Positions 41,064-53,979 of a stretch of 64,000 bases of DNA are shown one piece after another (position 1 is the stretch's first letter; every line of letters starts with the position of its first letter). Origin of the DNA: Octopus vulgaris (Eukaryota); the NCBI GenBank assembly GCA_951406725.2, contig OX597824.1, positions 72,602,001 to 72,666,000 on the forward strand. Reading direction: 5' to 3'. The notes under the pieces were generated by a model. The model had not been told where the DNA came from and ran no database searches. It saw only the letters and a program-made list of their open reading frames with translations. The position numbers and the translations under genes are program-made.

Positions 41064-41418
41064 CTTGCAGTATCGCCTGGCATTGCTCGGGTTTGTTTCA
41101 GCCCTTTAGAATTGGAATTTTTGAAAAGTAAAAATTTTGCATTATGTAGCTTGTTATTCTCTTTAAGTGAACATTTTTCTGGTTGAAATACAAATGGCGG
41201 CACAGCAGTGAAAAAATCGTAAAAAATAGGGATAAATAACTTTTGGTCTTAACATGGTCTGATTTGAATTTTATCTTCTACGGAATGAAGAGCAAGCCTT
41301 CTTCTATCATACTCTCAATTTTGGTCAACTTGTGCCGCAGGGTCTCGGAGGAGATAGTGTTAGTTGAAGGCTACCAAACCTGCCCATACACAGACAACTT
41401 CAGCTTTATATATATAGA
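41064..41418 (-). mobile_element. Non-autonomous Helitron
   Basis: Minus strand A|TCTATATATATAAAGCTG..cccgagcaatgccaggcgatactgcaag|T; termini shared with the 32520 element. Confidence 0.82.
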
Positions 41419-41861
41419 TTAAGCAAGAAAACTAGCAAATTTGTTAGCATGCTGGACAAATGCTCTGGGGCATGTCTTCCAGATTTACATTCTGGGCTCA
41501 AATTCTGACAAGGTTGACTTAGCCTTGCATCCTTTTGGGACCAAACAAAAGTAAGAACTAGTTTAGTACTTGGATCGATGTAATCAATTAGCTCCCTCCC
41601 ACAAAAGCTCAGGCCTTGTGCCTATAGTAGAAAGGATTATTGATATTAAAGCAGCAAAATGGCAGAATCGTTAGCACACTGGACGACATGCTTAGCAGTA
41701 TTTCGTCCACCATTATGTTCCGAGTTCAAATTCTGCTGAGGTTGACTTTTACTTTCATCCTTTGTGTGTTGATAAATTGAGTAGCAGTGACGCACTGGGG
41801 TCAATGTAATTGACTAACTCTCTCCCACCAGATTTTAGGCTTTGTGCCTATAATAGAACTG

Positions 41862-41892
<31 letters not shown>

Positions 41893-42217
41893 GTCAAATA
41901 CTGGGGATTGATGTATTCGACTTGCCCTCTCCTTTCAAATTTACTGGCCTTGTGCCAAAGTTAAAACGAATTATCATTATTATCTCACATCTTTATATTT
42001 TGAGTTCAAATCCAACTCAGGTAAGTTTTGCCTTTTATCCTTCAGGAATTGATAAAATCACAAATCAGACAAGTATTGGAGTCTATATGATTGATTATTC
42101 CTCTCCACCAAATTTCAGGCTTTGTGATTATGTTTGAAACATTATTATTATTAGGCGGCAAGCTAGCAGAATCATTAGTATGCCAGACAAAATGCTTAGT
42201 GGTATTTCTTCAGAATA

Positions 42218-42882
42218 AGGTGGCGAACCAGCAGAATCGTTAGCACACCGGGCTAAATGCTTAGCGGTATTTCGTCTGCTGCTAGGTTCTGAGTTCAAAT
42301 TCCACCAAGGTCGACTTTGCCTTTCATCCTTTCGGGGTCAATAAATTAAGTACCAGTTACGCACTGGAGTCGATGTAATCGACTTAATACCTATGTCTGT
42401 CCTTATTTGTCCCCTCTGTGTTTAGCCCCTTGTGGGTAATAAAGAAATAGGTATTTCTTCTGAATAAGGTGGCGAACCAGCAGAATCGTTAGCACACCGG
42501 GCGAAATGCTTAGCGGTATTTCGTCTGCTGCTACGTTCTGAGTTCAAATTCCACCAAGGTCGACTTTGACTGTCATCCTTTTGGGGTTGATTAAATAAGT
42601 ACCAGCTACGCACTGGCGTCGATATAATCGACTTAATCCGTTTGTCTGTCCTTGTTTGTCCCTTCTGTGTTTAGCCCTTTGTGGGTAATAAAGAAATAGG
42701 TATTTCGTCTGCTGCTACGTTCTGAGTTCAAATTCCACCAAGGTCGACTTTGCCTGTCATCCTTTCGGGGTTGATTAAATAAGTACCAGCTACGCACTGG
42801 GGTCGATATAATCGACTTAATCCGTTTGTCTGTCCTTGTTTGTCCCTTCTGTGTTTAGCCCCTTGTGGGTAGTAAAGAAATA
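42218..42882 (+). mobile_element. SINE family 2 trimer nested in an older related SINE
   Basis: Two full copies plus one headless copy; ggtatttcttc(a/t)ga at 42201, 42450 and 42883. Confidence 0.9.
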
Positions 42883-43487
42883 GGTATTTCTTCTGACTTT
42901 ACATACTGAGTTCTGAGACGTTGAGATCGACATTACCTGTCATCTGAATGAGGTCAATAAAATAAGCACTGCACCAATATTTGACATCATTATTTCAGGT
43001 GGTGAGCTACACCATATTTAGCAGCATTTCTTCCAGCTTTCTGTTCTGAGTTCAAATACCACTAGGATTGACTTAGCCTCTCTTCATTATAGGGTTAAGT
43101 ACCGTCCAAACACTGGGGTTGATGTAATCAACTAGCCCCATTCCCCAAAATTTCAGACCATGAGCCTACAGCAGATAGGATGATTACTGTTGTTGTTAAG
43201 CATCAGATTACATGTCTTACTGCTATTTCATTTTATCCCCCATCATGTCCTGAATTTGAAATTGTACAGGAGTTTATTTTCATCCTTCAGATAAAATATT
43301 CACCAAATTATGGTCAAGAACTTCACTTTACAATAAAGTGCAGGCATGGCTGTGTGGTTAAGAAGCTTGCTTCATAAACATGTAGTGTTGGGTTCAGTCC
43401 TACTGTATGGCACTTTGGGCAAATCATCTTCTATTATAGCCCCAGGCTGACTGAAACCTTGTGAGTGGATTTGGTAGACAGAAATGA

Positions 43488-43719
43488 AGGCGGCGAGCTG
43501 GCAGAAATGTTAGCATGCCGGGCGAAATGCTTAGCGGTATTTCGTCTGCCGTTATGTTCTGAGTTCAAATTCCACCGAGTTCGACTTTGCCTTTCATCCT
43601 TTCGGGATCGATAAATAAAGTACCAGTTACGCACTGGGGTCGATGTAACCGACTTAATCCCTTTGTCTATCTTTGTTTGTCCCCTCTATGTTTAGCCCCT
43701 TGTGGTCAATAAAGAAATA
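43488..43719 (+). mobile_element. SINE family 2 inserted into a family 1 copy (43341-43740)
   Basis: Family 1 sequence resumes after the insert; agaaa(c)tga duplication. Confidence 0.85.
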
Positions 43720-44385
43720 AGAAACTGAAAGAAGCCAGTTGTGTACGTGTACAAAAAGATCGATAGATATATATAGACATGCATATATGTATGTATCTTT
43801 GTCATGATATTACTGTAGTACAAGTCATGTTGTCCATTTCCAGTCTTCTATGGAAAACATATCTGGCCATGAAGAAACATTACTTTGCCTGGAAACAGGA
43901 GAGGGTTGGCAACAGACAGGGAGGGCCATGGAAAATCTGTCCCAACAAATTCCGTCTGATAGATACATGCATGGAAGAAAACTTGACATTAAATGATGAA
44001 GAGGGTGATGAACAAAATGATCCTAGATTCAATCCTATTGCTCAGCATCTCAGACAAATGCTCTCTGCCATAGCTTCAAAGTTATACCAATGGCCTATTG
44101 GTGAAATTTGGTAAGTGGAAACTGTGCAGAGTGTGATGCATGTGTGTGTGTGTCTTTTACTGATGCATATCAGTGAAAAAATTAAAAAAATAAAAACCAA
44201 AGACTGATGCTTTTAAATATAAAATACCTTGTATGGTATTTGCTTCACACCAAGTTACACAGAAAATCCCTTATCACTCCCACTATTATAAATAAATACA
44301 GTGAACCATTGATTGGTCTGTTGGAATCATGATAGATTGCTAGCCACTACACATTTATTTTCTCTCCTTGTTTCTTACTGTGTTC

Positions 44386-44421
44386 CTTTCTGTAGAAGAG
44401 CGTAGGCTCGAAACGTTAAAG
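44386..44421 (+). ncRNA. Minimal hammerhead-like motif, U6 variant family
   Basis: CUUU-CUGUAGA-a-GAGC guag GCUC-GAAACGUU/-AAAG. Confidence 0.55.
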
Positions 44422-44524
44422 ACTTTTTCACTTCCTGAGCATTATACTAATACATCTGTTTGTTGTCTACACCACCTATCTTCGTCTTTTGTTTTTTTGG
44501 AAATTCTCTCCCTCTCTCTCTTTC

Positions 44525-44559
<35 letters not shown>

Positions 44560-45326
44560 TTACATATATGAAAATGTAAAACAATTTAAATAACTACATA
44601 CTTTCCTAAGAAACTTTTGGTCTAGTGTGGAATTTGAATTCAATGTAAAGGGGTATTAAATACTGCAGTATCAGAGTATCAAACAAACACAGATCCCAGT
44701 TCTCTCACTGCATTTTCCCAGCATAATTAACATTCAGATGTTTGATCTCACCAGTCTGGGTGGGGCCTACAAATATGACAGTTGGAAGGGGAAAGATAAT
44801 GGCGTACCGCTGTTCTTGTAAATCCTTGTGTTATTTTGCTGAGAGTTTTAATGTCCTTGGTAAATTTTCTTCTTTAACTTAATGTATGTCACTTGTGTCT
44901 TCCACCATCGAAGGAGACTCTACAGGGTTGTTCAACCTATCTCAAATCACATAATGTAGTCTTAAATATAACAAGTTTCAATAAAAGGATAGTGATGGAT
45001 AAAATATCTGATTGTAGGTTTGTTTGCCTGATCAGCCTGGGGCTAAACAATAACTTGTTTGTCTGTCCAACCATAACATTCTTTCATCAAGCAGATGTCA
45101 TCCATTTAAAAACTATGTCTTCAGCATACAGGGAACTGATATTTTTATACACAGGAAACTTGTACTGAATGCAGAGGATATGAGAAGGCTGGAAAGAAAT
45201 GAAGCAAACATGTTTGGCTGAATATGTAACAGGAGTATTACATATGTATGATTGATGAGGTACAGGTGAGCTGACAGAGAAACTAGGTATGAGGGGAATC
45301 AGATGCAATGTGTATAGATGATAATA

Positions 45327-45830
45327 CTGTAAATCCTCGAGTATAATACGCAGGGGATTTTTAGGGGCTGTACCTCTGAAAAACCTAAACCTTGTGTATA
45401 ATACGCACCCCTTCTCTAACTTGAGTTGTGCGTAATTAAGCTAGCAGCACCTAATCGAACAAACACTTCCGCGCAAGCATAATACAATAATGGTGATGTT
45501 CTTAACTGTTATATGGGAATGTAAATATGTTTGCAAATTGTTTTTGTTACATGTTATTCTGTGTTCTGAATACTTTTATTTTAATAATTGTTGCTTACTG
45601 CAAGTTATGGATGATTCTTTTATGACTTCATTGCTTTCAGGCTCAGCTTAAGGTATTTTCGCGCCTGACATCACAAAATATGTCTGAATAAACATTGCTA
45701 TACAGCAAATAGAGACTCGGACACTGCTTAGAAAATATTTTTCATTTTTAACCTCGTATATAGTACGCACTAGGGATTTTGACCTTCAATTTTTGGTGAA
45801 AAAATGCAGATTATACTCGAGGATTTACGG
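45327..45830. mobile_element. Tc1/mariner-pogo-type MITE inserted in an RTE remnant
   Basis: TIR c(t/c)gtaaatcctcgagtataat; TA on both flanks. Confidence 0.9.
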
Positions 45831-46914
45831 TAGATAGGTACGGCAAAGAAGTGTCAAGAGATCTATGAGGAAAGGAACAGTGGAAGAAGAAAACCAAGGA
45901 TGACATAGGCAGAAGTGCTAAAAGCTGATCTCAGTATACCAAATCTCACAAAGGAGATGTTAAAGGAATGCAACAAGTGACAAAACACTAAGGTAGCGTC
46001 CATCCAACTCAAGCAAGCATTGAAAAATAGACATGGCAATGATGATACCCCCACATCTGGAGGGGTTTTAAATAAAAAATTAAAATTAGAAGAAAGTATA
46101 TGCCCTGCTGACAAAGTGTGACACAAAGAGATTTGGCTGACATTTCTGGCAAGTTGAGCTTTTGGGGTTACATGTTTATTAAGTGAAGGTATGGGAGAAA
46201 CCATGTTTGTACAGATTGAAAAGGGTGGGTGAGAAAATGGATCCCTGTAGTACTCCATTTAGGAAACTGCAGGTTTTGGAAATGTTATGCATGTACACAA
46301 ACTAAACACAATACATGCCAAAAAAGAATCCTGTACATGATTGTTTAATTTGCTAGAAACAGCAGCCAAATATCATTCAGATTGCACTCAACCATCACAA
46401 AATAAAAGGTGGTGGGGAGGATACATTAGATATTGTAGTCTTAGATGCCCTTGGAAAGTGTGGTCATCACTGAAACACCTTCGCTTCATTAGTGTTGACT
46501 TGTTGCTAATCAACAACTGAACCGAAAGGTCACAGCAAAAGGTCAACTATTTAATCTACTTCTGAATATTTTCTAGCAACATACCTAGATTGGAAAATAA
46601 CAAAAACAAACAGAAAATGCTATATAAAAAAAGTGGGGAAAAAAAAGAAAAAAGAAAAAAACCTCACTGAAGCAAAGCACATTTTAACAGGCTATAAAAA
46701 GAGAATAAAAATGTCTGAACAGAATACAGCAATGCAATAAAGAAGGCTGATACATAAGAAGTGTGTATGTGAAGAGGAAGGAGAGAGAGGAGAAAGTATG
46801 TAATTAACTGTGGTGTCACAAAATTTTTACGTATGACTCAACAAGCCTAGAATCAAGTTTACAGAATACAGCTTATAAAAAGAGCACATTAATTATAAAC
46901 AAACTGGAAATTTA

Positions 46915-47500
46915 TTCTTTTCTATTCTAGGCACAAGGCCTGAAATTTTGGGGGAGGGGGCCAGTCAATTAGTACACAACTGGTACTTAATTTATCGACC
47001 CTGAAAGGATGAAAGGCAAAGTCAGAACATAAAAAGAGACGAAATACCTATTTCTTTACTGCCCACAAGGGGCTAAACACAGAGAAGACAAACAAGGACA
47101 GACAAATGGATTAAGTTGATTATATCGACCCCAGTGCATAACTGGTACTTATTTAACCGACTCCGAAAGGATGAAAGGCAAAGTCGACCTCAGCGGAATT
47201 TGAACCCAGAATGTAACCGCAGACGAAATACCTATTTCTTTATTACCCACAAGGGGCTAAACATAGAGAGGACAAACAAGGACAGACATAGGTATTAAGT
47301 CGATTACATCAACCCCAGTGCGTAACTGGTGCTTAATTTATCGACCCCAAAAGGATGAAAGGCAAAGTCGACCTCAGTGGAATTTGAACTCACAACGTAA
47401 CGGCAGACGAAATACCGCAAAGCATTTTGCCCGGCGTGCTAACGCTTCTCCCAGCTCGCCGCAGACGAAATACCACTAAGCATTTCACCCAGCATGCTAA
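46915..47500 (-). mobile_element. SINE family 2 self-nested array
   Basis: Old head, full young copy, then further bodies, each junction GGTATTTCGTCT. Confidence 0.88.
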
Positions 47501-47840
47501 TGTATGGACGAGGACAATTGTGTAAAGAAGTGTTGATCTCTAAATGTGGAGGGAACCTGAGGAAGAGGTCAACCAAAGAAGATGTGGGATGAAGTGGTAA
47601 GAAAGGAACTTTCTCACTGAAGAAATGATATGGGACCAGGAGTTGTGGCAATTTGCTGTGTGAAGCGAAGTAAAAACTGTGGTCATCCATACTTACAGGT
47701 GTCAATGCCACATAAAATGCACTCATGCCAGTGCTGCATAAATGTACCTGTGCTGTTGGCACACGAAAAGCACCCAGTACACTCTGTAAAGTGGTTGACA
47801 TTAAAAAGGTTATCCAGATGTCGAAACCATGCCACAACAG

Positions 47841-50613
47841 ACACCCCTCCCACATGACGAGTGGAATGAGCCAGTCACTGCAAGTAAGGTGATATTGGCC
47901 AGTATCAAGAGAATACGTAGAGTACAAGAATCTGTATTGGACCGTGTTGATAGTCATGTCTGTACTGATCTAGTAAATATACTACAATACCACATAAGAT
48001 AACGCTGTATGACTGGGAGTCGTACAGTGCCAGACAGAAGACTGATACAACAGTGTTAAAAGACTGCTTTACAACAGTAGCGATGAGGATAAACCAAGTC
48101 ACATGGAGTTAACAGAAGCTCAAAGAGGAGTTAATAAACTCACAAAGTTGGTGTACAAATTTAGCGAAAAAAAACTCTTAAAAGTATGGAAAATTTGGTG
48201 GCAGATTTGCTCAAGTTGCAAAAATAGCAACAACGACAGCTGAAAGAACAGCAATAACAAAATTGATAACAACAACAAATAATATTACAGCAACAAATGC
48301 TGCAATTACTGAAGTTATCAGGAAAGTCAGAAAAAGTATTCTTGCCAGACTATGTTGTGAATTCAATAACTGAATTCAAATACAAACCTGACGAAGGAGT
48401 TACCTTCAAAGCATATTACAGAAGACCTGACTAAATCTTCCAAAAAGAATGTTAAGATTGGAATGATGAGATGAAAACTCGCTTAATCTTGGGAAAACTG
48501 GTACCAACAGAACATGAATGATACAGTAATTCTGAACACAGAGAAAAATAGTAATGAGGACTACATCACATATGCTGGTAGTGTAAGAGTAATCAGAGAA
48601 TGCAAGAAGTTTAAGCTGGACAAATTAACTCCAGATATGTTCAAATGCCTGGTTTTTACACAGGGACTAATTGCCAAAAAGGACACAAAAGTCAGAACTA
48701 AAATTCTTGCAAATCTGGAGCAAAGCCAGGATATAACCCTGCAAAATGTGAAATTAAGACACGACAGAGAGGAAATTGAATGTAAAGATTGCAACCAAGT
48801 AAAACCAGTGTGGAATAGTCTGAATAGAGATGAAGTGTTTTCTAAAAAAACACTGACAAACATCAGGATTTAAACCCATGTTTTGCATGTGGTGGTATGC
48901 ATCTGAGGAAAAGTTGTCCATTTAAAAAAGCGGAGTGTTTTCATTGTGGAAATATAGGACATATAAAGTTGCACTGTAGAATGAAGATGATAAAATGTCA
49001 GAAAAAAAGGTAATAGAATAAATAGTAGGACATTGATAGAAATTGGAAATACAACAAACAAAAAAATTCGCACATGTGAAAATTAAAAATACAAATGTAA
49101 AATTGAAGTTCAACAGAGGTAGTGACATGACTATTATAGACAAAAAATGTGGAAATATTTCTGTAAACCAACAATAAATCTAAAAAGGTAGTACATGGTG
49201 TTATAGGGAAAAGATTATATTTTATCGGTGAATGTGTATGTAACGTAACATTTCGAGGTCAAACAAAAAAGGCTAAGATATATATATTAAAACATTCACT
49301 TAATTTATAAGGTACAGAGTGGAAAGAATTATTCAATTTATGTTTTGTGTAGAAATATAGTTGGTTCAGTCAAAGGTTCAAATTAGGCTGAATGACTGAA
49401 AAATTTGCAGTAAAACACAAAACACCTGTATGTAAGCCAAAACAAAATGAAAAATTGCCCAACATAAAAAGTAAACCTTGTTCAAAAGTAGATGTACCGT
49501 GGTTGAGACTACACATCGATGTAGTAGGTCCTTTAAATGGTTCTTACTACTTAGTGGTAGTTGATAGTTGAAATGGCCTGAAATTGATAAGTGTAAAAAA
49601 GCAACTACCTCACAATTGTTTGCAAGATTTGGAATCCTAGGCACGATAGTATCTGACAATGGAACAAAATTTGTGTCAAGCAAATTTTTAAGATTTTGGG
49701 AAATGTTCACAGTAGGACATTGTGCCATATAATCCCAGATCTAATGGACAGGGAGAATGCTTTGTTGATACCTTCAAAAAAGCTTCAAGAAAAACAAATA
49801 AGGAAAGCACAGATGAGGTAGCTCTTCAATAATTTTTAAGAATGTACCGTGTAACACCAAATCTGAATACACCAGCATGTAGCTCACCAGTGGAGCTGAT
49901 GTTTGCAAGGAAAGTAAAGTCAGATTTTGTTAAATTGCTACCTGGCAAGAAAAGAAAAAGTGCCAGAGAAGACATGGCAAGATTTTTTAAAGTTGGTGAT
50001 AAGGTGTTTTTGAGGACATACAAAAATGGAAAGCAGAACTGAGAAGAGGGTGAAATTACCAAATACATAGGTAAAATGATGTATTGGGTAAAATGTAGAA
50101 AAGGCATACGAAAGAGACACAGGAACCAACTGAGAAAGAGGAAAGTGAACCAAAGAAGTAGGAGGAATCCATGGAACAACAAGTACCAACACCACTGCAG
50201 GTGATTAAACCCAAGCGAACAAGTGAAAGGAAATGACACTTCCTAAGAAAAACTAAAAAGGGGAGATGTAGGGAATTAATAATAATGGTACACCCCTCCT
50301 ATGTGACAAGTGGAACGAGGCAGTCACTATAAGTAAGATGACACCGGCCACTATCAAGAGAGTACGTAGAGTATGAGAGTATGTGTTTGACTGTGTTGAT
50401 AGTCATGTCTGTACTGATCTAGTAATTATACTATGATATCAAGTGGGTGTTATAACAATCCAACCCTTTGAGGATAATAACACTATGTGACTGGGGGTTG
50501 TACAGTGCCAGAGAGAAACATGCTATCTACGATTTTGGAATATAACAATATCTGTCAGAGCGACATTGGATGTACAAAGATAGATACAACAGTGGCAAAA
50601 GACCGTTTTACAA
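47841..50613 (+). mobile_element. Degenerate Gypsy (Mag-like) LTR retrotransposon lacking RT/RNase H
   Basis: LTR pair ~47841-48076 and 50267-50613; PBS-like tagcgatgagg at 48078; PPT aaaaggggaga before 50267; gag (FKCLVFTQGL), Cys-His knuckles, protease-like GSDMTII, integrase LHIDVVGP / IVSDNG / YRVTPN, all disrupted. Confidence 0.88.
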
Positions 50614-51474
50614 GTTACATACATTGTGCAACAAAAACAATACAGTGAGGCCCATTATCAATTTTCTTTATTGTTTTAATATTTAGTAAGAGAAAGGAAA
50701 AGGCAGCAAAACATGGAGATGCAATAGGAGATTTCTGCAGCAGGAAGTAAACACCAAAATATAATCATTGTTGTTCTTATTTAACCCAGTACCAGCTATG
50801 ATCAAAGGAAGTTCCACCATGACCATCCCACATTTTTGTATATCAGGAACTGAATTACCTTAAAACAGTAGGGTGTGGTTTGGGGGAGATTTGGCTGTTA
50901 TTTCTAGTAATCTAAGCAACTGTATAAACAGAGAGGAGTCAAACTTGTTTGGCTTTGTGAGTTGGGTTGAAACAAACTAAATTCTAATTCAGATAGAGAC
51001 AATTATAATTAAAGACCCTGTTTATAATATAGAGCAAATTAAATGGACAATGGGGTAAAAAATATGAGGTGCTAGCGAAGTTTGTGTACAAATATATGGG
51101 GGGGGAGACTCATCCATTTGTCATACAATCCTATTAAGTGGATTCCTTAGAATGAAAACAGGAATAGAAATTGTATGAATGAATGTTTTAGATGGCCAAT
51201 GCTTGATAGAAAGCTGGCACTGTTTCAGCTACAAAACTTATCAATATCATTCATACCATTACAAAACAATCAAATGATCATTTGAGTAAATACGAAAATA
51301 AAAAGAAAACTTTCCATTTATGAAGGCATGTATAGACAAAGTGAAGGGAAAATAGGTAACAACTTTTAGTATAGAGCATCCAGGGTCCAGATTTGATGCT
51401 CTAATACAAAGAATATGTAAATGAAAACTGATTTTAAAAACATTAAAAATAGAGAAAATTTCTTTTAATTTTAC

Positions 51475-51642
51475 CCAAGGACAACTAATTCTCCATAATC
51501 TTCACAGTCTGTACTGAGTCCAGCCACTGAGGGTGGAGAGCGAGAGGAGGAGCATGAATCAGTATAATGCTGCTTGGACATAGGATGGTGCGAATGCTGT
51601 GAGTGGTGAGACCTTTTGTCTGATGGAATTTCCTTGAAGGGA
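51475..51642 (-). CDS. PELI: Pellino coding exon A (..PFKEIPSDKRSHHSQHSHHPMSKQHY..DYGELVVLG)
   Basis: Acceptor tttacag|T at 51642; donor GG|gtaa at 51475; 168 nt, phase 2-2; in-frame ATG at 51581-51579 is a possible start. Confidence 0.9.
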
Positions 51643-52237
51643 CTGTAAAGAGACAAAGAAACAAAGAGGAATTAGTCAAAACATAATTTATAATTTCAGA
51701 GATGTACTTGTCTGGCAAGAAATTTACAATGAAAGGGTAAAAGATGACAACACAAGCACACATTCTTAAATTTTGTATTAGAGCGTGTAAGTATTTATGC
51801 ATGAATGTAATAAACATGAAACGTGACATAAAAAATACAAGTCCTTAGAATTCCTTATAGCTGAGGAGATATTTACAGTTTTTCTGTATAACCTTAATAG
51901 GTAAGTTATGATTAACTGACAATACAAAAAAAAACCAAAAAAAAACCCATCTGATAAAATACAATGAGCCACCATAATAATAATAATAATAATAATAAAA
52001 AGTGAACAGAATAAGCTGCAGTGAGAATATATACAATCAAAAAACACCTGGATAAGGTGTGGTGACTCTCATAGTATAAGATACTTGAGCACAAGGGAGC
52101 AGCTATGTGGTCACTTGATTTACTAGAACAAGCAGCAAAATCTCCCTGAAATCACATTCCAGATCTTACAAAAGAACTATATATTTCATAAAATCTAACA
52201 TGTATAAAATCATAATAAATACAAGCCAAAGAAAATT

Positions 52238-52638
52238 AAAATGAGCATCAGAGAGCACAAACCTCCATCAAGGTAACACCAATGTCCTCTCAACAATTAG
52301 CCAGAGATGATTTTTAAAATAAGAATATCTGAAATAAAGTCGACTGCTCTCACTAACGAGAATACTAAAAATGAACCCGACTGCTCTAGAAAATTAAGTT
52401 AAAAAACAGGAAAAATAATCCAGAAAATTAAGTTAAAAACAGGAAAAATAATCCAGAGTCTTTGTCCAGTACCAGATTGATCCCAAAATTTAAACAGTTC
52501 ATGCCAGTCATGAGGCCAAACATCCTTAAAAGTTTCATCTGACTCCATCCAGCGGTTCTTGAGATATCTTGTCCACAGACAAACAAACAAGCACAACTGA
52601 AAACAATACCTCTGCCTTCGCTAAGGTGGAGGTAATAA
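52238..52638 (-). mobile_element. Helentron/DINE-like non-autonomous element
   Basis: Minus strand ttattacctccacc..gaggt hairpin, (GTTT/GTCT) microsatellite, subterminal inverted copy 'tggaggt' near the other end. Confidence 0.6.
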
Positions 52639-53979
52639 ATACTAAAAAGAAAATTATACCTATTTTTGAGGTATGAACCCAACATCTTTCTTTCGCTTAG
52701 TGGTGAGGGTAATCGGCTCATGATCTTAAAGGTTGTGAGTTTGATTCCCAGCAGTGTGCTATGTCCCTCAGCAAGACACTTTCATGTTGCTCCATGTTGG
52801 AAAAAATTAGTTGTACCTGTAATTCAAAGGGCCGGCCTTGTCATATCCTGTGTCACACTGAATCTCCCTGAGAACTACCTTAAAGGTACGCCTGTAAGTG
52901 GAGTGCTCACCCACCTGAATGTTAATTTCACGAGCAGGCTGTTCCAGTTATCGGATCAACTAGAACCCTTGTCATAACAGACGGAGTGCCAAATATATAT
53001 ATATACATATATGGCAAATTAAAGACGGAAGATTGAATATACAAGAATATTAAGCTACTAGGTGTAAACCATTCATTTTATTATCCATTATATATATCTT
53101 ATAATTCTTCTAGATATGAAATTGTGACCATGTAGATTTTAAAATGTAATTTTTTTCTGTTTAGGGACAAAATGGAAAAATAAGAGACAATATTTATTTT
53201 GTGAGTGCTGTGTAATTAAGTCTATAAAATTGTGCATAAACTATATATAAAGTGCATTAAGTAATCATCGTATTCCAATTTCCTTCACTTTTCAATTAAA
53301 AGCAGATGAGCAACTATCTTTTGATACAGACACAACACAGGCTATGCTTTCAAGTTTTTTTGGGTAAAGTTTTCAGGAATAACTCAATGGGTCTACTATC
53401 AATTCCATGAAATATCCATGGGTCCCCCTAGTATATTACTACATCCTAAAAAGTTTTGACATAATTCATGAATCTTTGCAGTTTAATACTTTTTTTATAA
53501 AATATAAAACCACGACAAAGTAAGCAACTTAAATAGACTTACCATCTACTGACAAATAACTAGGATTTAGACACTCTTATTTATATAATGGTGGAGGTGC
53601 ATGGCTTAGTGGTTAGGGTGTCAGCATCATGATCGTAAGATTGTGGTTTTGATTCCTGGACTGGGCAACACATTGTGTTCTGGAGCAAAACACTTCATTT
53701 CACGTTGCTCCAGTCTACTCAGCTGGCAAAAATGAATAATGCTGCAATGGACTGGATCGCGTCTAGCTGGGGAACACATACGCCACTGAAACCGGGAAAC
53801 CGGGCCCATGAGCCTGGCTAGGGTTTAAAAGTGCACATTTATTATTTATTATTTATGTAATGTGATCATGACAAAAATGCCTTTGATAAATCAAGGGTGA
53901 CCTACAGCCAGACAACAATAAATAACAACTGGATAAGTTGTGATCATCTTACATAATCATAAGTCTATTATTAGTTATG

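Larger units (their letters stand above)
9889..51642 (-). other. PELI: Pellino E3 ubiquitin ligase gene (FHA core plus C-terminal RING-like domain); nine coding exons, 5' exon(s) not located
   Basis: Spliced translation gives the Pellino hallmarks YGELVVLGYNG, DTDMFQIGRS, STISRFACRI, DGLTTNGV, LIDLCG, RPQCPVG, CGHVHG, CPLC, PCGHM, CPFC, KLIFQ. All introns are GT-AG with matching phases. CDS from ATG 51581 totals 1281 nt (426 aa). Confidence 0.97.

Noticed and set aside
42218-42882. SINE family 2 tandem as a retrozyme
   Set aside because: No hammerhead core on either strand and no HDV-like fold that I could assign; self-insertion explains it.
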